Of a stretch of 64,000 nt of DNA, positions 47,717 to 60,403 are shown piece by piece. The position numbers and the translations under genes are program-made. Below the pieces are notes generated by a model, which was not told where the DNA came from, did not search any database, and saw only the letters and a list, made by a program, of their open reading frames with translations. Source of the DNA: Amoebophrya sp. A120 (taxonomy: Eukaryota > Protista > Dinoflagellata); contig CAJINV010000004.1 of assembly GCA_905178155.1 (NCBI GenBank), positions 8,268,882 through 8,332,881 of the forward strand, given 5' to 3'. Numbering within the stretch: position 1 is the first letter of the stretch; every line of letters begins with the position of its first letter.

Positions 47717-50558
47717 TTTGCAGGTATCAGTTCTTGCGAAAGCAGGAGGGGGGCCAATGGTCGCGGAAAATCTTGTAAAGTAGATCGTGAGTTCTTAGTT
47801 TTTACAGTTCTTGCACTACTAGGAAATCTACAAGTGCAACTTATCTTGTTCTCTAGGGGAGGAGCTAATATTAGTGGACGAATTTCTGCTGAAACTCAGA
47901 ATAATTCACGTTGCGACAACAGGTCATGACGTATCGTTCTACTTCAATATCCCTCGCCTGATATTAAAAGCATGAGATGGATGATGAATCGAGCAGAATG
48001 TTCACTTGCAATGGGTGTAAAAGAGAGGTATGCTGATGCGAAGTCAGATGTTTTCATCTTTGGTGATCTTCTGGATCTCAATTAGCGGCATTTAATCTTT
48101 TGTGATCCGGAGCGTTACGAATTTTGTTCGGAATTTAGGTTTCGCATTGAAGATCCTCATCTCGACTACCATGTACTAGCGCCCGGCGGGAGCAACATCT
48201 TGATCTACCTACTATCGGAAACAAACTGGAACACACTGGAGTAGTAGAGCGCTAGTGCAAACACGCCGCCTCCGTAGTACCACCCCTTCTGCCTCGAAAG
48301 CAACGACAAAGGTGGAATGTCTTCGTTCTGATCGAAGAGGTTTTTTTCGAATAGTTCTAGCATAACATGATCGGACCAAAACTTGAGGGGAAATAAATAG
48401 TAGTGAAGGGTCCGGTTGTTGTTGTATTGGAGTTGTAAAGGAGTTCCAGTTGTAAAAGTTGTAGTTCCCGTCGTGCTGTTTGGAGCTCGGCGCCGCATAG
48501 CTCCTTCCCACATGACAGCTCGTGCTGTCCTTTCCTCTTTCTTCCACAACTACAGTACGGAGTAGATCATCGAGTGAGCAATAACTTTCTACAATATTTT
48601 TGATCGGAAATCCACATCATAACATCGCCGTAGCTGGTCCTGCAGTCCTCCCACGCTGTCACATCAGGATGATGAAAACTGCGGGCCTTTGTACGTAAAA
48701 TACCAAAGCGGGTGTAGCAGCTACAGGCGAGACTGCACACTTCGCTATTTTTACGCATTTGTAAAAAGAAGTGTTGTTCTTACACAGTCTGCAGCTTTAT
48801 TTCTACTCCTTTCGGAGGTATTATAGCAAGTAGCGCTATCACACCAACCTCAAAAATCAACACCAGCGCCGCAGCGATGTTGTCCCATCAAATACATTAT
48901 CCGATTGTAGAGTCTAATCGTAAAAAATCATTGTCTCCGGTAACCTCCTTCGCACATAGTTCATTGGCTGTGTCTCCGTCCTGGAAGCACAAGCCGAAAC
49001 CCGTGCAATATAACTTTCTCTTTCAACATCTTTCTTGACATACACTGCTCTTGTCGTGAAGTAGAAAAAGCGATAGTCTCTCTCTACTTTCGATAGTTCT
49101 TCTAGTCCACGTTCTTTGTTCGTCGTCGTCGTCTTGTCGTGGTTATTTTTAATGGCTGTTGTACCAGGACAATGCTAGCACCTTTCTGGAGGTGCAGCGC
49201 TACTGCTGCGGCCAGTCTGAAGACTGTCGTATGCATAAGTCACGATAAAAATCCGTTGTAGAGATTGATACCGCGTCGACATTAACGACATTCGCTCCTT
49301 CTGACTGCAGCCGAAAGATACAGCACATCTGTACCGTAAATGGTACAGCGCAAGAACTACATGTACGGCCGTGTAGTAGACTAGTTATCCATTTGTACAC
49401 AGTATATGTAATGCGCTGCAGGCGAATGCAGTTGCCACTTCCGCCAGCAGGCAGCTCGCCCCTCCTCGCTCCTCCGAATACTGCAGGTGACAAACTTCTC
49501 ACAGCCGAAAAATCTGTCATGCAAGAAACGGAGGGCGAATCAGAAATAGGAGCTTCATTTCCGCGTATATATTTCTGTGACACACGGTATTTTGTCTATT
49601 AGTACCTTCAAAATGTCGTGTGTATAATTACTCGAGCGCAATAAAAACTACTTGCACAGGAGCTCCATGTATGCAACTGTCAGTATGACTCCGCAAGCAG
49701 CAGCCCTGCTTTGTGCCAGACGCGTGCGGGTTAATACCTCTGAAAGCATCTCTTTCGGAAAGTATAAACCCACACTGGTACTATACTAGTGCCAGGCTAA
49801 GCGTAGGCTTTTGATCATTTGCGACGAGTGTTGTTAGAAAGTCTAAATATTGGGTTTTTTTCTTCCTCAACACCCTAAGGCACACACAAATACGGGTTGT
49901 AATAAAAAAAGTAAATAGGGTGGTGGCACAGAAGTAGAGAAAGGTGTATTACGTGAAAAAGTAAATACGAAAACGGAATGAATATTGAGTACTGACGTAA
50001 GCTTTTGAAGACATAAACGGAAGTTGTGGCAGGATAGCATTGAAAATTGATGTGTCAAAACAGAAAATGATGATACTATCTTCCAAAATTTTGTGAAAAG
50101 ATTTATATGCAGCAGCATGATAACTACACGTGAAGCAGTCGCCTCTGGTTGTTTCTTCACTTGACCGGTCGTTAGCTGTAAGTAGCCATTTTGTTTATAT
50201 ATCTTGCATTTAGGTTTTTCCTCCGTGATGTAGCTTGCTGCTGAAAATAGATTTGTAAATTCAAAACGAAAAGAACTCCGAAATGCTTCGAGAACAGAAA
50301 TCTTGATCTGTCTCTGTGCGAATGTGAATTTCATAACGATTGTTGTTCCTTATCCTTAGGTGTGCTACAGCTGAGCGTGTAGCTGTAGCTGGTAGTGCCT
50401 GCTGCTTTTTTAATATACCCGCATAGAACATTGCCTCCTAGTATACGGGTACAAAAATTCGCTAGATCTTCGCTAGTTTATCTCTTCGTTGTATGTGGTC
50501 TATAGTAAGTCTGGCAACGGCCTAGACAACAGTAGCTTTTTTTTTCGCTGGAATAAAA

Positions 50559-52125
50559 CTACAAGAAGTACTTGTTCTGAGGGATCAAGCTCCTGCTGAC
50601 CTCAGTGCAGTAGTTGCATAGTATTTTGTTTTGTGTCGAAGTTTTTGTCCAAAATTTGTAGTCGTCGTCGTCGTCGTCGTTTTCCCCATAGTTGTATCGT
50701 TCCAACCTCAACTTTGCTGGTACTTTTTCATGAACTATCAACTGTAAACATGTCTGGGTCTGGAAGAATGCATGTTTGTCGTGCTTGTCTGGCATGACTC
50801 TTAAATTTGTCATGCACGTTACCCAAGAGCTCCATTTTTCTGTGATGCAGAAGCGCAGTTTGTCATGCGGAATAGGCAACACCTAGAAGCTCAGAAACTT
50901 GTCATGCTGAGCCAGCACTTGTGGCCTCATCATGAGACGCCACACAGCATCACAAGTTTCCAGACCCAGACATTTTTACACTTGATATGAACGTGACCCG
51001 CTCCTGCTTGTCCTTGCAGCGAAATTTGTCTTATCCTGTACAAAAGTATCGCACTCGTAGTCGTACTAATTGCATTTATGCATTACAAATCTCTTTCTCA
51101 AGGCAAATCCGCATTACAAATTCAATTTGTAATGCTGGGTCAATTTGTAATGCGATTTATACTAGTACGATGCTTTTGCATTGCATATGTCCTTCATCTC
51201 GTTGATTTCCAATTTGGGCGACTGCCGGATGCACTCCCGCATCAATTCGTGCCCCGGGTAGTACATGCTCTTCATGCTGATCAGGCTCGCAATCGGCACC
51301 CAACCACCCGCATCCATTTGCTGTTTTTTATGTATAGCAGAAGCATTGCTTGTGATGTTCATGTGTGCTACGCCGATGTTGAGAGAATTTCTTCTTGCAA
51401 TGCATTGTAGTACAACAACACCTCGCATGATTCAGAGCATTGTAGTACAAATTTCCACATAAAAATTTATCGCTGTTTGTAACAATAAAGTACCTTCCGC
51501 AAAATCCCGCGGTCCTCGTCTTCCGCCTCTTCCTTGCCAAACAAGTAAGACTCGATTTGCTTTTTCGTCACGTTCAACCGAACCGTGTCTGTCATGGCTT
51601 GCTGTTTCGGGGACAGTTCCGCCTTGTTGACTAGGTGAGACACCGGAGACAAGTCCACTGCGTTTTCCCGTCCCGCGGTCGTGTTGCTGATCGTGCGGGA
51701 GAGCGAGACAGTGGGAGAGGGCGGGTTGTCAACCAGCATGTTGTTGTCATACTCATTGTAGCTGCTGTTGATGGTCGTGGAAATCATTTGTTGCTGCTGC
51801 TTCATCGCGGCTTTGTTTGTTCCTTTGGCATGATTTTGATTTCCTTCCCCCTTCTTGTTTCCGCTGGTGTTTTTGTCGCGTTTATTTCCACCCTTGTTCG
51901 AGGGTTTTGTTGGTGTGCTATCATTCTCCATGTCCCAGGTCATGCTCGGAAGCTGCATGTCGTAGCCGTTACCGCTACTGACCAAGTTTGCGTCCGGACG
52001 AAGCATGTAGGGAATGTTGCTTTGCGGACCGCTGCCCGGCGACATGGGGGCGACCGTGGGCGACCCAGGAGAGACGTTCATGGCCCCGGAAGTGCGGCCC
52101 TCCTTCTTGCTGGCCCGCGAACCTG
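50559..52125 (-). CDS. La-motif (LAM/HTH La-type) RNA-binding protein exons
   Basis: VTKKQIESYLFG..DRGILRK / QMDAGGWVPIASLISMKSM..LMRECIRQSPKLEINE / IRQ resembles the La motif (KQIEYYF..MDxxGWVPI..LRxSxxLEV..IR). Begins after an AG acceptor at ~52125, so an upstream exon probably exists. Confidence 0.65.
50736..50987. mobile_element. Introner-like TIR element, family A (subfamily A1)
   Basis: Family A TIRs; repeat TGAAC. Confidence 0.95.
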
Positions 52126-52728
52126 AGTAGTTAGTTGAATAAAAGGTCGATTTTGTTTCGACCAGCACGAATTGTTTTCATGGAGACAAAAGTAAAATAT
52201 GAATATCATGTACAGATGAGATAAAATCGCATTATAGCCTTGAAGTAGATCAAGTTGGATACCATTACGTCGTGGGCTTACATATAGAAATTTTGCTACG
52301 GATCTTCTCAACCAGCATTATGGCCTTTGTAAAGTACCAAAGTCGATGAAAACTAGATCATATTACGACTTTGGTGTGACATCCACCTGTACTATGCTGT
52401 ACCGTTTACGGTTTCTGTTTCGAATGAAGTATGTTTCTACTGTATCTATAGTTTTTTTAGGGACCACGCACGCACGCTGACGCCAAATTCGGCAGAATAT
52501 GGAGATGAGTATTATATCGATTCTGGGATCTTCTTCGTCTTCTGTGTCGTATCGGATCTGCCTCTCCAGTAGAACCGCGCAAGTAAAAGTAGATCTTGTT
52601 CTTGAAAAACCTCCCGCTGCTTGTACTAAAGCTAGATCTGTTCTTCATCTTCTTTTCCGCGACTTGTCGCAGTTCTTGTCAGGACCTCTTCGGATATTAT
52701 CTTCTCCAAAAAATACTTCCAGAAATCG

Positions 52729-55700
52729 TCACGATGTGCACACAGTAGTCATTTTACCAGCCACAGGCGACGCGGTTCTCGGCTCTGGCCGGTCCTCTTC
52801 GCAATCGAAATTTTTGCTGCACGGCGTCACACAAAAAGCCCCCGCCGAGGTGGGAAGATGAATTCCTCCTGCGAGGTTCATGTTCATCCTATCCACAGCA
52901 CGACAAGAAGTAGTAGAGGACCGGACTGTAGCTTTCAAGTTCTGGTCGTCGCTGCACGAAGAACTACTGCTATTCGACGTTGTCTGGTAGTCGTTGTTTC
53001 TACTTCTTCCTTCCTCGTCGTCCTGTCGCTCGGCGACGGACTCTCGTTTGATGTTCTGTGCCAGCACACAAGAACTGCCGGCACCGTGAAGATGCTCCTC
53101 TGCTTCCTCGCCTTGCCGGCCAATTGTACCCAGATCGGCATCGGTGTCCTCCTCCGCTTGCATCACCACGGTCACGCTGGCTTTCGTGCTTTCACAATCG
53201 TCGCTCACACCCGGCGGGAGGATCACTTTGATAGAAGAAGGCAGCTTCTCTTCTTGCTGGTCCTTTTCATCTCTCGCGACAATTGCCATCTTGTTCGCAC
53301 CAGGTTGGTCTACAAAAACAGTCTCTTCCGCGTCATCCGAAGGTGGCTCTGCAGCGAGAACTTCCGCGAAGATCGTGCTCGTGGTTTGGTCTGCATCAGC
53401 ATCGTTCTCACCCACTGCCGCTTCGACAAGACCGGTTTCAGAAGTTGTGGTGTCACTACTTCTGAGCGCAGCTGTACAAGGACTAGGCTTCTTGATAGCT
53501 GTATCTTGTTGAAGGCTACGAGTTTCATCTTGCGCTTCCCTATCATTTGGTGCAGTGCCGCGAGCTGCCACAACTTCCACAGGCGAGGGGAGAGTAGTAT
53601 CTCCGTCTGGCGGCCGCTCCCCTTCCATAGCTTCGCTCCGCGCTTCTGGAGCAGGAGCTCCAGCGGGGGTGTCCACAACTTGCAGATCATTTATTTCCGC
53701 ACTCACAGGTGGAACTTCGTCCGCGAAGAACTCTTTATTTTCCTCCGTTTCGTGTTCTAATTCTGCCTTCCTCATTTTCTCCACCACCTCCGCCTGCAAA
53801 CTATCTAGCACTTCCTGGTTCGCCTCCGCCGTGCCTCGTTCCGTGGGCCGAAAGGGATTCCAGGCGGTGAGCTCCGCGAGGCGTAATCGGTTCATCGCGA
53901 GCCGCAGTTCCTCCTCCTTCGTGCTGTACTTGCGGCCGGAGTGGTCGACCGGGACTTTCAGGGACATTTTTCGGCCGGTGAAAGGGTCCGTGGACTCCAC
54001 CTCCTCCGGGGGATGATTGTGTGCGGCTTTAGTTGTAACGGTAGAAGTTGCGGCCTGCTCCGGTATTCTCGTTTGCCGATAGTGCGACGCATTATGAGCT
54101 GCAAGAATTTCGGACTTGTGTTGGTTGGTGACAGTCGGGGTCGTGGTCGTCATCATCTTGCCACAAGAACTCTGTTCCAGCGTGAACGAAGAATGCGTAC
54201 CCGCGGTGGAGAGGAACGGCAAAGCCCCATTGGCCGAATCGAGAACGTGGTATTTTTTTTGCGCAACCGGCTTAATATTTTGTTGAGAAGTAGTTGTGGT
54301 TGAGCTAGAGGAAGAAGGAGCAGTACCGCCTTTATGATTTCCCCCCTTGCTGGTGGAACTACTACCCGTGCTGTGCGACACTTCGTATAACTCCCCAGTT
54401 TCACTCATCGCGACGCCCGAATTTGGCTGATAATGTGCTGTCGCGTTCGACATTGATATTACCCCACCGGAAGTACTAGAGGCGTGATGCTGGTGCTGGA
54501 TTCCTGCCATAATTTTTCCGTCCCGTTATCCTGAGTAAAAACGTACCCACACCATAGTCAAGTTGGGGAATCGGCTAGACAAATCCACAAGTTTTGGCTG
54601 TTTTGCATGACAAATTTGGATTCGTAGTGTAGTGCTGTTTGAGCTAGCTCAGCAGCATCACAGATCTAGCATACCATGCTGATTGGAGCATGACAAATTG
54701 CAAAAGACGACTAGAAAATGCTTCTCATGGGGCTCCGCATGAGAAACATTTTCAGCATGCAGATTTGCATGACAACTCTGGTGTGGGTACGTTTTTACTC
54801 AGCATACCCGTAGTCGGTCCTTCATCGTCCTTTGGAGAAGAATTTCCCGTTCCATCGCAGTTGTGTCTCGGACTATCAAGTGCAAAAATGTCTGGGTCTG
54901 GAAGAATGCATGTTTGTCATGCTTGTCTGGCATGAGTCTTGAATCTGTCATGCACGTTACCCAAGAGCTCCATTTTTCTGTGATGCAGGAACGCAGTTTG
55001 TCATGCAGAATAGGCAACACCTAGAAACCCAGAAACTTGTCATGCTGAGCCAGCATTTGTGGCCTCATCATGAGACGCCACCCAGCATCACAAGTTTCCA
55101 GACCCAGACATTTTTACATTTCATACGGACAATGTCGGAACAATAGGTGTTCAGATTCGCCTTGCCGCACCCTGCCAGATTTGAAAAAGTACTACTACCC
55201 TGGCTACTATTCGGCGCATGGGAAGTTGTAGACACGACAGCTCCGTTCAAAGAACTACTACCTTTTAGGCCGCCAGAAAGATGAGACTGGTCCTTGTTTG
55301 CGTTGTGGTTTTTCCCAGAGTTGCTTTGCTTCGCGCCGCTTTTGCTGCTCGACGGGGTCGTGTTGGACGTCGTGCCGCTCGGCTTCTGTTGCTGTTCCTG
55401 CAACAAAAGGTAGTCAAACTTCGCGCTGGGAGTTGCAGCTGCTGTCGTGGTCGTCCCGACGATAGTTGTTCCCGCGTTGATATGATTTATTCCTCCACTG
55501 GAGGAAGAGGTACTATTTGCATGATGCTGCTGCACCGTAGTTGTTGCTCCAGTCCCGCCCGTGGGTCGTAAATTTGGGTTATTGATTCCGAGCAAGAGCC
55601 CGTTCTGTTGATTCGCGGCGGCCAGCACCTTCCCAATTTCCTTCTGCACGCCGACCAGCTTCTCTTGCGCGGCCCGGCGCTGCGCGAGCGTGCCGCCGGA

Positions 55701-58700
55701 CAGGTTGATGCTAGCGAGACTGGAAATGGAGTTATTTAGCGTGCTGTGCAAACTCGGGGAGGCCATGAGCACGTTGGTCGTAGCAGCGTTACTTTTACTC
55801 GCGTTACTATTTTGCAGAAAGGCATTCGTCTGCTGCTGCTGCTGCTGCGTCGCACCTGATAAGCTGCGAGATGACTTATTTGTTCCCGATACGCTAGCAC
55901 TGCTTCCCACCCCGGATAAGCTCTGGTTTAGCTGCTGTGTCGTTGTACTACAACTAGAGCTCACTCGCAAAGCCGCCAAGGCGGCGGAGGGTCGGGTCGG
56001 CTTGTGCGACGTTGGGTAGGAATGCAGTGTGGATGAGTGCGTCGCGTCCCGTGGATTCATACCGCCGATAGCTCCTGGTGGTGCTCCAGATTTATTCTGC
56101 TGTCTGCTCGAAGAAGCGCTCGCGTGCGGAGGTTGTGCGTGGTCCCGTTTGTTAATATCTAAAAAGCAATCAGAGGTAGGGGGAGAAGTTGTATAAGAAA
56201 TAGTTGTCTTCTAAAGGTGGGTCGTCGTGCAAGATATGTTTACGTTGCTTTTTTTCGCATGACAAAAGCTTGGCTATTCGTAGTCGTACTATAATGCAAG
56301 CCATGCATGACAAAAAGTTGATAATCTATCAAAAAAGTACATTTATTCAACTACTATATATTTTTCTTACCACCACTTCCGCCGGCTGCGCCTTGCTCGT
56401 CGCCCGGTCGCTTGGCCCAATGCTTGTCCGTTTCACAAGGAAACGGGAAGACGTTTCCGATCACGTCGAACAGCAAAGTATGACAGTGCACAATTCCCCC
56501 TCCCCCTCATTTGTCATGCAAAATACCCAATCCACCGTTTGCCTCTTGGCACTTTTTGCATGACAAGTTCTGGTAGCCCAAATAGCACGACAATCCAATG
56601 CATATTTGTGATGCAAAACCGGCATTCTTGCTGGTGCTTGTATTGCCGTTCATGCTATACAAATGTTGAGGAGGGGAAGTTGTGCACTCTCATACAAAGG
56701 CTGCCACGCTTCGTTGGCTTTCAACATGGGAAGCAGCGGGGACCGCTTCAACCGCTCGAGGTTCAGGTACAGGCCCTGGACGGCTGCCGGGGACACTTCC
56801 GCAATTTTGTCTGAAAAGTGGGTTCATGCATTTTCAAATTCTGTGGTAAGTTGCCTTCATGCGCATTTTATTTTCAGGGAAGTTTTATGCCGAGATACAA
56901 ATACTGAAATATCTATGGCTGCACAAACAGCAGCACAAATACAATCCTATACTTGAGTTGTATCCCGGTAGCACTTTCTTCGTGTGCCAGCCGTTGTAGG
57001 ACACTTTGAAGGAGTCCGCCTGGGCCTGCGTTCGAAAGTTGATGAAGCAGTAGCCCACGTTGCACTCCGTGACGAAGTCGATGGGCATGTAGAGGAAATT
57101 CATGGAGCCCTTGTAGTCCTCCTCTAACCTTCGCACCAGCATCTCCCGCGTGTACTTGTTCGGAATGTTCTTCAGCATCATGGTCACGCCCTCCGCTTCC
57201 GCGCCCTGGCTGGCGCGTTCGTACGCGTCCTTGTGCATCGCCGTGATCTCCGCCTGGCGCGCCGGGTCTGGCGGTTCCTCGCGGATCTTCGCGCGGCGGT
57301 ACTTGGGCGAGTTGCGCAGGCGGCTGGAGCCGGACGTGGAGTTGCCCGGGGTGTTGGAGGTCGAATTGTCGGACTTTTTGTTGTTGCTTTCCCGGCCCTG
57401 GGGCTTGAAGCGATTCGCGGCGGACAGTGCCTTGTACAACGAGCCGCGACGCTGGTTCATCGTCTGTAGAATAGAGTAGTTTGTAGCGGTGATCATGTGA
57501 TTTCTTTATTTCTGGTGCAGTTGTAAATATCTGTATTAATAAAGCAAAAGTCACAACTCAAACCTTCGTACGACTACGTGGTCAACATTTGCGTTTCTGC
57601 ATGACAAAAAATCTCCGTCGTGTAGAAGTACTATAGCACTAAAAAAGACTATAAAAAATCAAAGTATAATACCTCTGGCGCGTTGCTGGCGACGCTCCCT
57701 GGTTCGTTACCATTTCTTCCCTGCTTCCCGCCCTTTTGGTTGTTTAAGTTCGCGAACTGCATGCGGTTTCCGGCCGCCGAGAACGACACGTCGTCGAGCT
57801 GCGCCATGTGCCCGGTCGTGCCGGAGATCTCGCTGGGCGGGGGCGGAAACCCGCCGTGCTGTGCGGACTGCGTTCCGCTGTAACTCGGGTCTGCCACCAG
57901 CATGCCGGGCGGCCCACCAACCATGGCCGAGCTGGCGAGCGACCCCATTTGCTGCATGCCGGACTGCGGCATGGAGCCCGGGTAGCCCTGGGGCGCCGCC
58001 ATCATCCCGCCGTAGGGGTTGGGGATCATGGGCTGCTGCATCACATAGGCGTTCAAATACGGATCAAAGTACATCGCGGGGGGCTGAACGTAGTTTCCGT
58101 AGCCGTCGTCCATGCCACTGCTTGTCGCGGGGATCGAGGGGTAGGCACCGTAGGCCTGGTTGGCAGCATTCTGGGCCGCGGACTGCAGGGACTGCACCGA
58201 AGTGTGCGAGCTGCGACTCGGATTGGACCCCTTGCCGCGCGAAGTGGAGGAGTATTCCTGGGTGAAGTTTTATCATAATTTGTATTTGATTCATTCTCTA
58301 TGCGGAACAACGACCGCAATAGAGGTTTTAAGTGGAGACTCAAAAATTTTCATATCACGCGAAATAAGTCGAAGCAAAATTTATTTCAGGTCAAGCTGCA
58401 ATAAAATACCGCCGAAGCCGTGTTTCCGCTTCCTCGGTGCGTGGACACGGAATAGTGCCCGGTGGTGCTGGTGGTGCTTTGCTGGGAGTTATGCGGGCTT
58501 TGCCGCTTCTTCGCTTGCCCCTGCACCTGCTGGCAGGCCTCGAAAATCAAGTCTAAACTGCCGCCCGCGTCGTGAAAAACGTTCCCGTCCTGGTCCCGCC
58601 ACACTTCCAAGAGCATGTTGTTCTTCGAAATGGAGGACTTCCACAGTTTGCAGGTCGCGGTACCCTCGGCTTGCGCGTCGAAAATGTCCGAGCACACACC

Positions 58701-60403
58701 GTGGGAGTCGTCGAGAACCTTTGGGTGGAAAGATTTTGTTGAAGCGGTGTTATAATTTTGCATGACAAAATTCGAATTCCGTTAATAATTCAGCATCTCT
58801 TTATTGCAGCTCAACTTACTCCTACTGTGCCTGGACGAATTTGGTCCTGCTGCACACCATCATGTTGTGGATGTACAATTTTTTATGCTGTACAACTAAT
58901 ATTGTCCAGAAGAACTGTGAATAAATCATCTATCATCCTAGTGAACAAGAAGTACTAAATACCATGCCGTTCTGGTCGAGAAACGCCCTTTGTTGATTTC
59001 CGTTTTTGTCCGTCAGATAGGTCACCGTGATCTCGAGGTCGGCGGGCTGTGCTTTCCTCCCCTTCTTCCCGATAATTTTTGGGGACATCTTCGGCGACTG
59101 GCCGCTTGACTGCCCGGAATGGGATTTGCTTTTCGTTGAAGACGACTTGTGGTCCGTGCTGGTGGTGGCTCCACTCATGTAGGAAGCCATCATGGCGGAC
59201 GGGGGGGCGTCCATCCTGGCTGCCGAGGCTTTCGAGCCGGTGCTGTTTCCACTCGCTTTGCTGCCGCGCTCGTCGTTATGGATTGCAAAAATGTCTGGGT
59301 CTGGAAAGGATGTTGTAACTTGTCATGCTAAATCTGAATCATGTAAAAATCTGTTTTGCATGATTACGAAAAGCTGTCCACTTTTGACCTAATCGCGAGG
59401 CAGTTTCACATGCAGGATAGGCATGATAGAACTCTCACAGAATCTGTCATGCTATGTCCTGCATACCAGACCTCACGGGTCATGGAAAACCTGCATGACA
59501 AGCCTGGCATTCTTCCAGACCCAGACATTTTTGCAATTGGTAGTCGTACGGTTGGCCGGCCAAAGCGGCGGCGAGTTGCTGCTGCAGAAACTGCGTGGCC
59601 TGGCTATCAAAAGGAAAAATCCCCCCTCCCCATATCAAAGCGGACACTTGTGATGCTGATTTGTGGCCACAAATCAGCTTTGTATTGCAGAGAGGCATGG
59701 CGGCCAGATCCCCAGGCTAGGTAGGGGCGTATGGGTCTAGTTGTTCAGCATGGCAAGCGGCTCCCCTTTAGGCCTAACAGCATGACAAATCGCGACCATA
59801 ATGGGGCGGAAGCTTCTGCCCTTGTCTTCTTGCAAGACAGATGTGATTTGTGACCTCAAATCCGCAACGCAAATTTTTGGAAACATACCTTTTCAATATG
59901 GGGAGGGGGGATTTTTCCTCTCAATACTGGCGGTCGGAGCTTTCCACCTGATTTGTCGTATCTACCTGTCCGGATTCGCGCGCGGATTTTGGCGGTTTGG
60001 CCTTCTTGTGGATGTACGCGCTCCTGGGGTCGCGCTGCAGAAACCCGGGCTCACCGGGGGAGCCGATCCCCTCGGCGGCAGACAGGCGGGGACTCTGCTC
60101 CGAGGACTGAATTTTGCCAGCTCCGCGGTGGCTACGATTCGATCGGGCACTTTCCTTGCTCGCGGTTCGCTTGCTGCTGCGTCGACTCTGGCTCGGCGAA
60201 TTCAAGCCCGAGGATGCGGCCAGCTCGTCAAACTGTTCGCGGGGCAAGAGCTGGTAATCCAAGCTTGTAGTTTTTGGTGAGGAATTCGCAGAGACGGCGT
60301 CGCGGACGTTCAGCAGCTCAGTCTTCGTATACTGTGTGTGATTGGAACTGCTTTTCTGCGAGGAAGGCGAAGTAGTTTTACTGTCAAACAAAAAGCCCAA
60401 CAT
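52729..60403 (-). CDS. Mei2-like RNA-binding protein (Mei2 C-terminal RRM) with long low-complexity regions, multi-exon
   Basis: TMMLKNIPNKYTREML..NFLYMPIDFVTECNVGYCFINF..LPGYNS / KIAEVSPAAVQG (~56700-57185) is the Mei2 RRM3 signature. In-frame joins after element removal: SSDRQATQFLQQ..PYDYDERGSK and CSDIVRDTTAM..KDRLRDGKIMAGIQ. Confidence 0.85.
54527..54806. mobile_element. Introner-like TIR element, family B
   Basis: TATCCTGAGTAAAAACGTACCCACACCA..TGGTGTGGGTACGTTTTTACTCAGCATA; repeat CCCGT; excision restores frame. Confidence 0.95.
54874..55125. mobile_element. Introner-like TIR element, family A (subfamily A1)
   Basis: Family A TIRs; repeat CGGAC; excision restores frame. Confidence 0.95.
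59277..59542. mobile_element. Introner-like TIR element, family A
   Basis: TATGGATTGCAAAAATGTCTGGGTCTGGAA..TTCCAGACCCAGACATTTTTGCAATTGGTA; repeat GTCGT; excision restores frame. Confidence 0.93.
59605..59926. mobile_element. Introner-like TIR element, family C
   Basis: TATCAAAAGGAAAAATCCCCCCTCCCCATAT..ATATGGGGAGGGGGGATTTTTCCTCTCAATA; repeat CTGGC; excision restores frame. Confidence 0.96.

Noticed and set aside
50182-50193. GTAGCCATTTTG, a 12-nt match to the dinoflagellate spliced leader
   Set aside because: Lacks the GCTCAAG 3' part, lies on the plus strand and is not followed by a gene; likely chance.
52858-53760. Long plus-strand ORFs (300 aa here, 320 aa at 4613-5575, 264 aa at 15095-15889)
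   Set aside because: Antisense to better supported minus-strand coding frames, with typical shadow composition.
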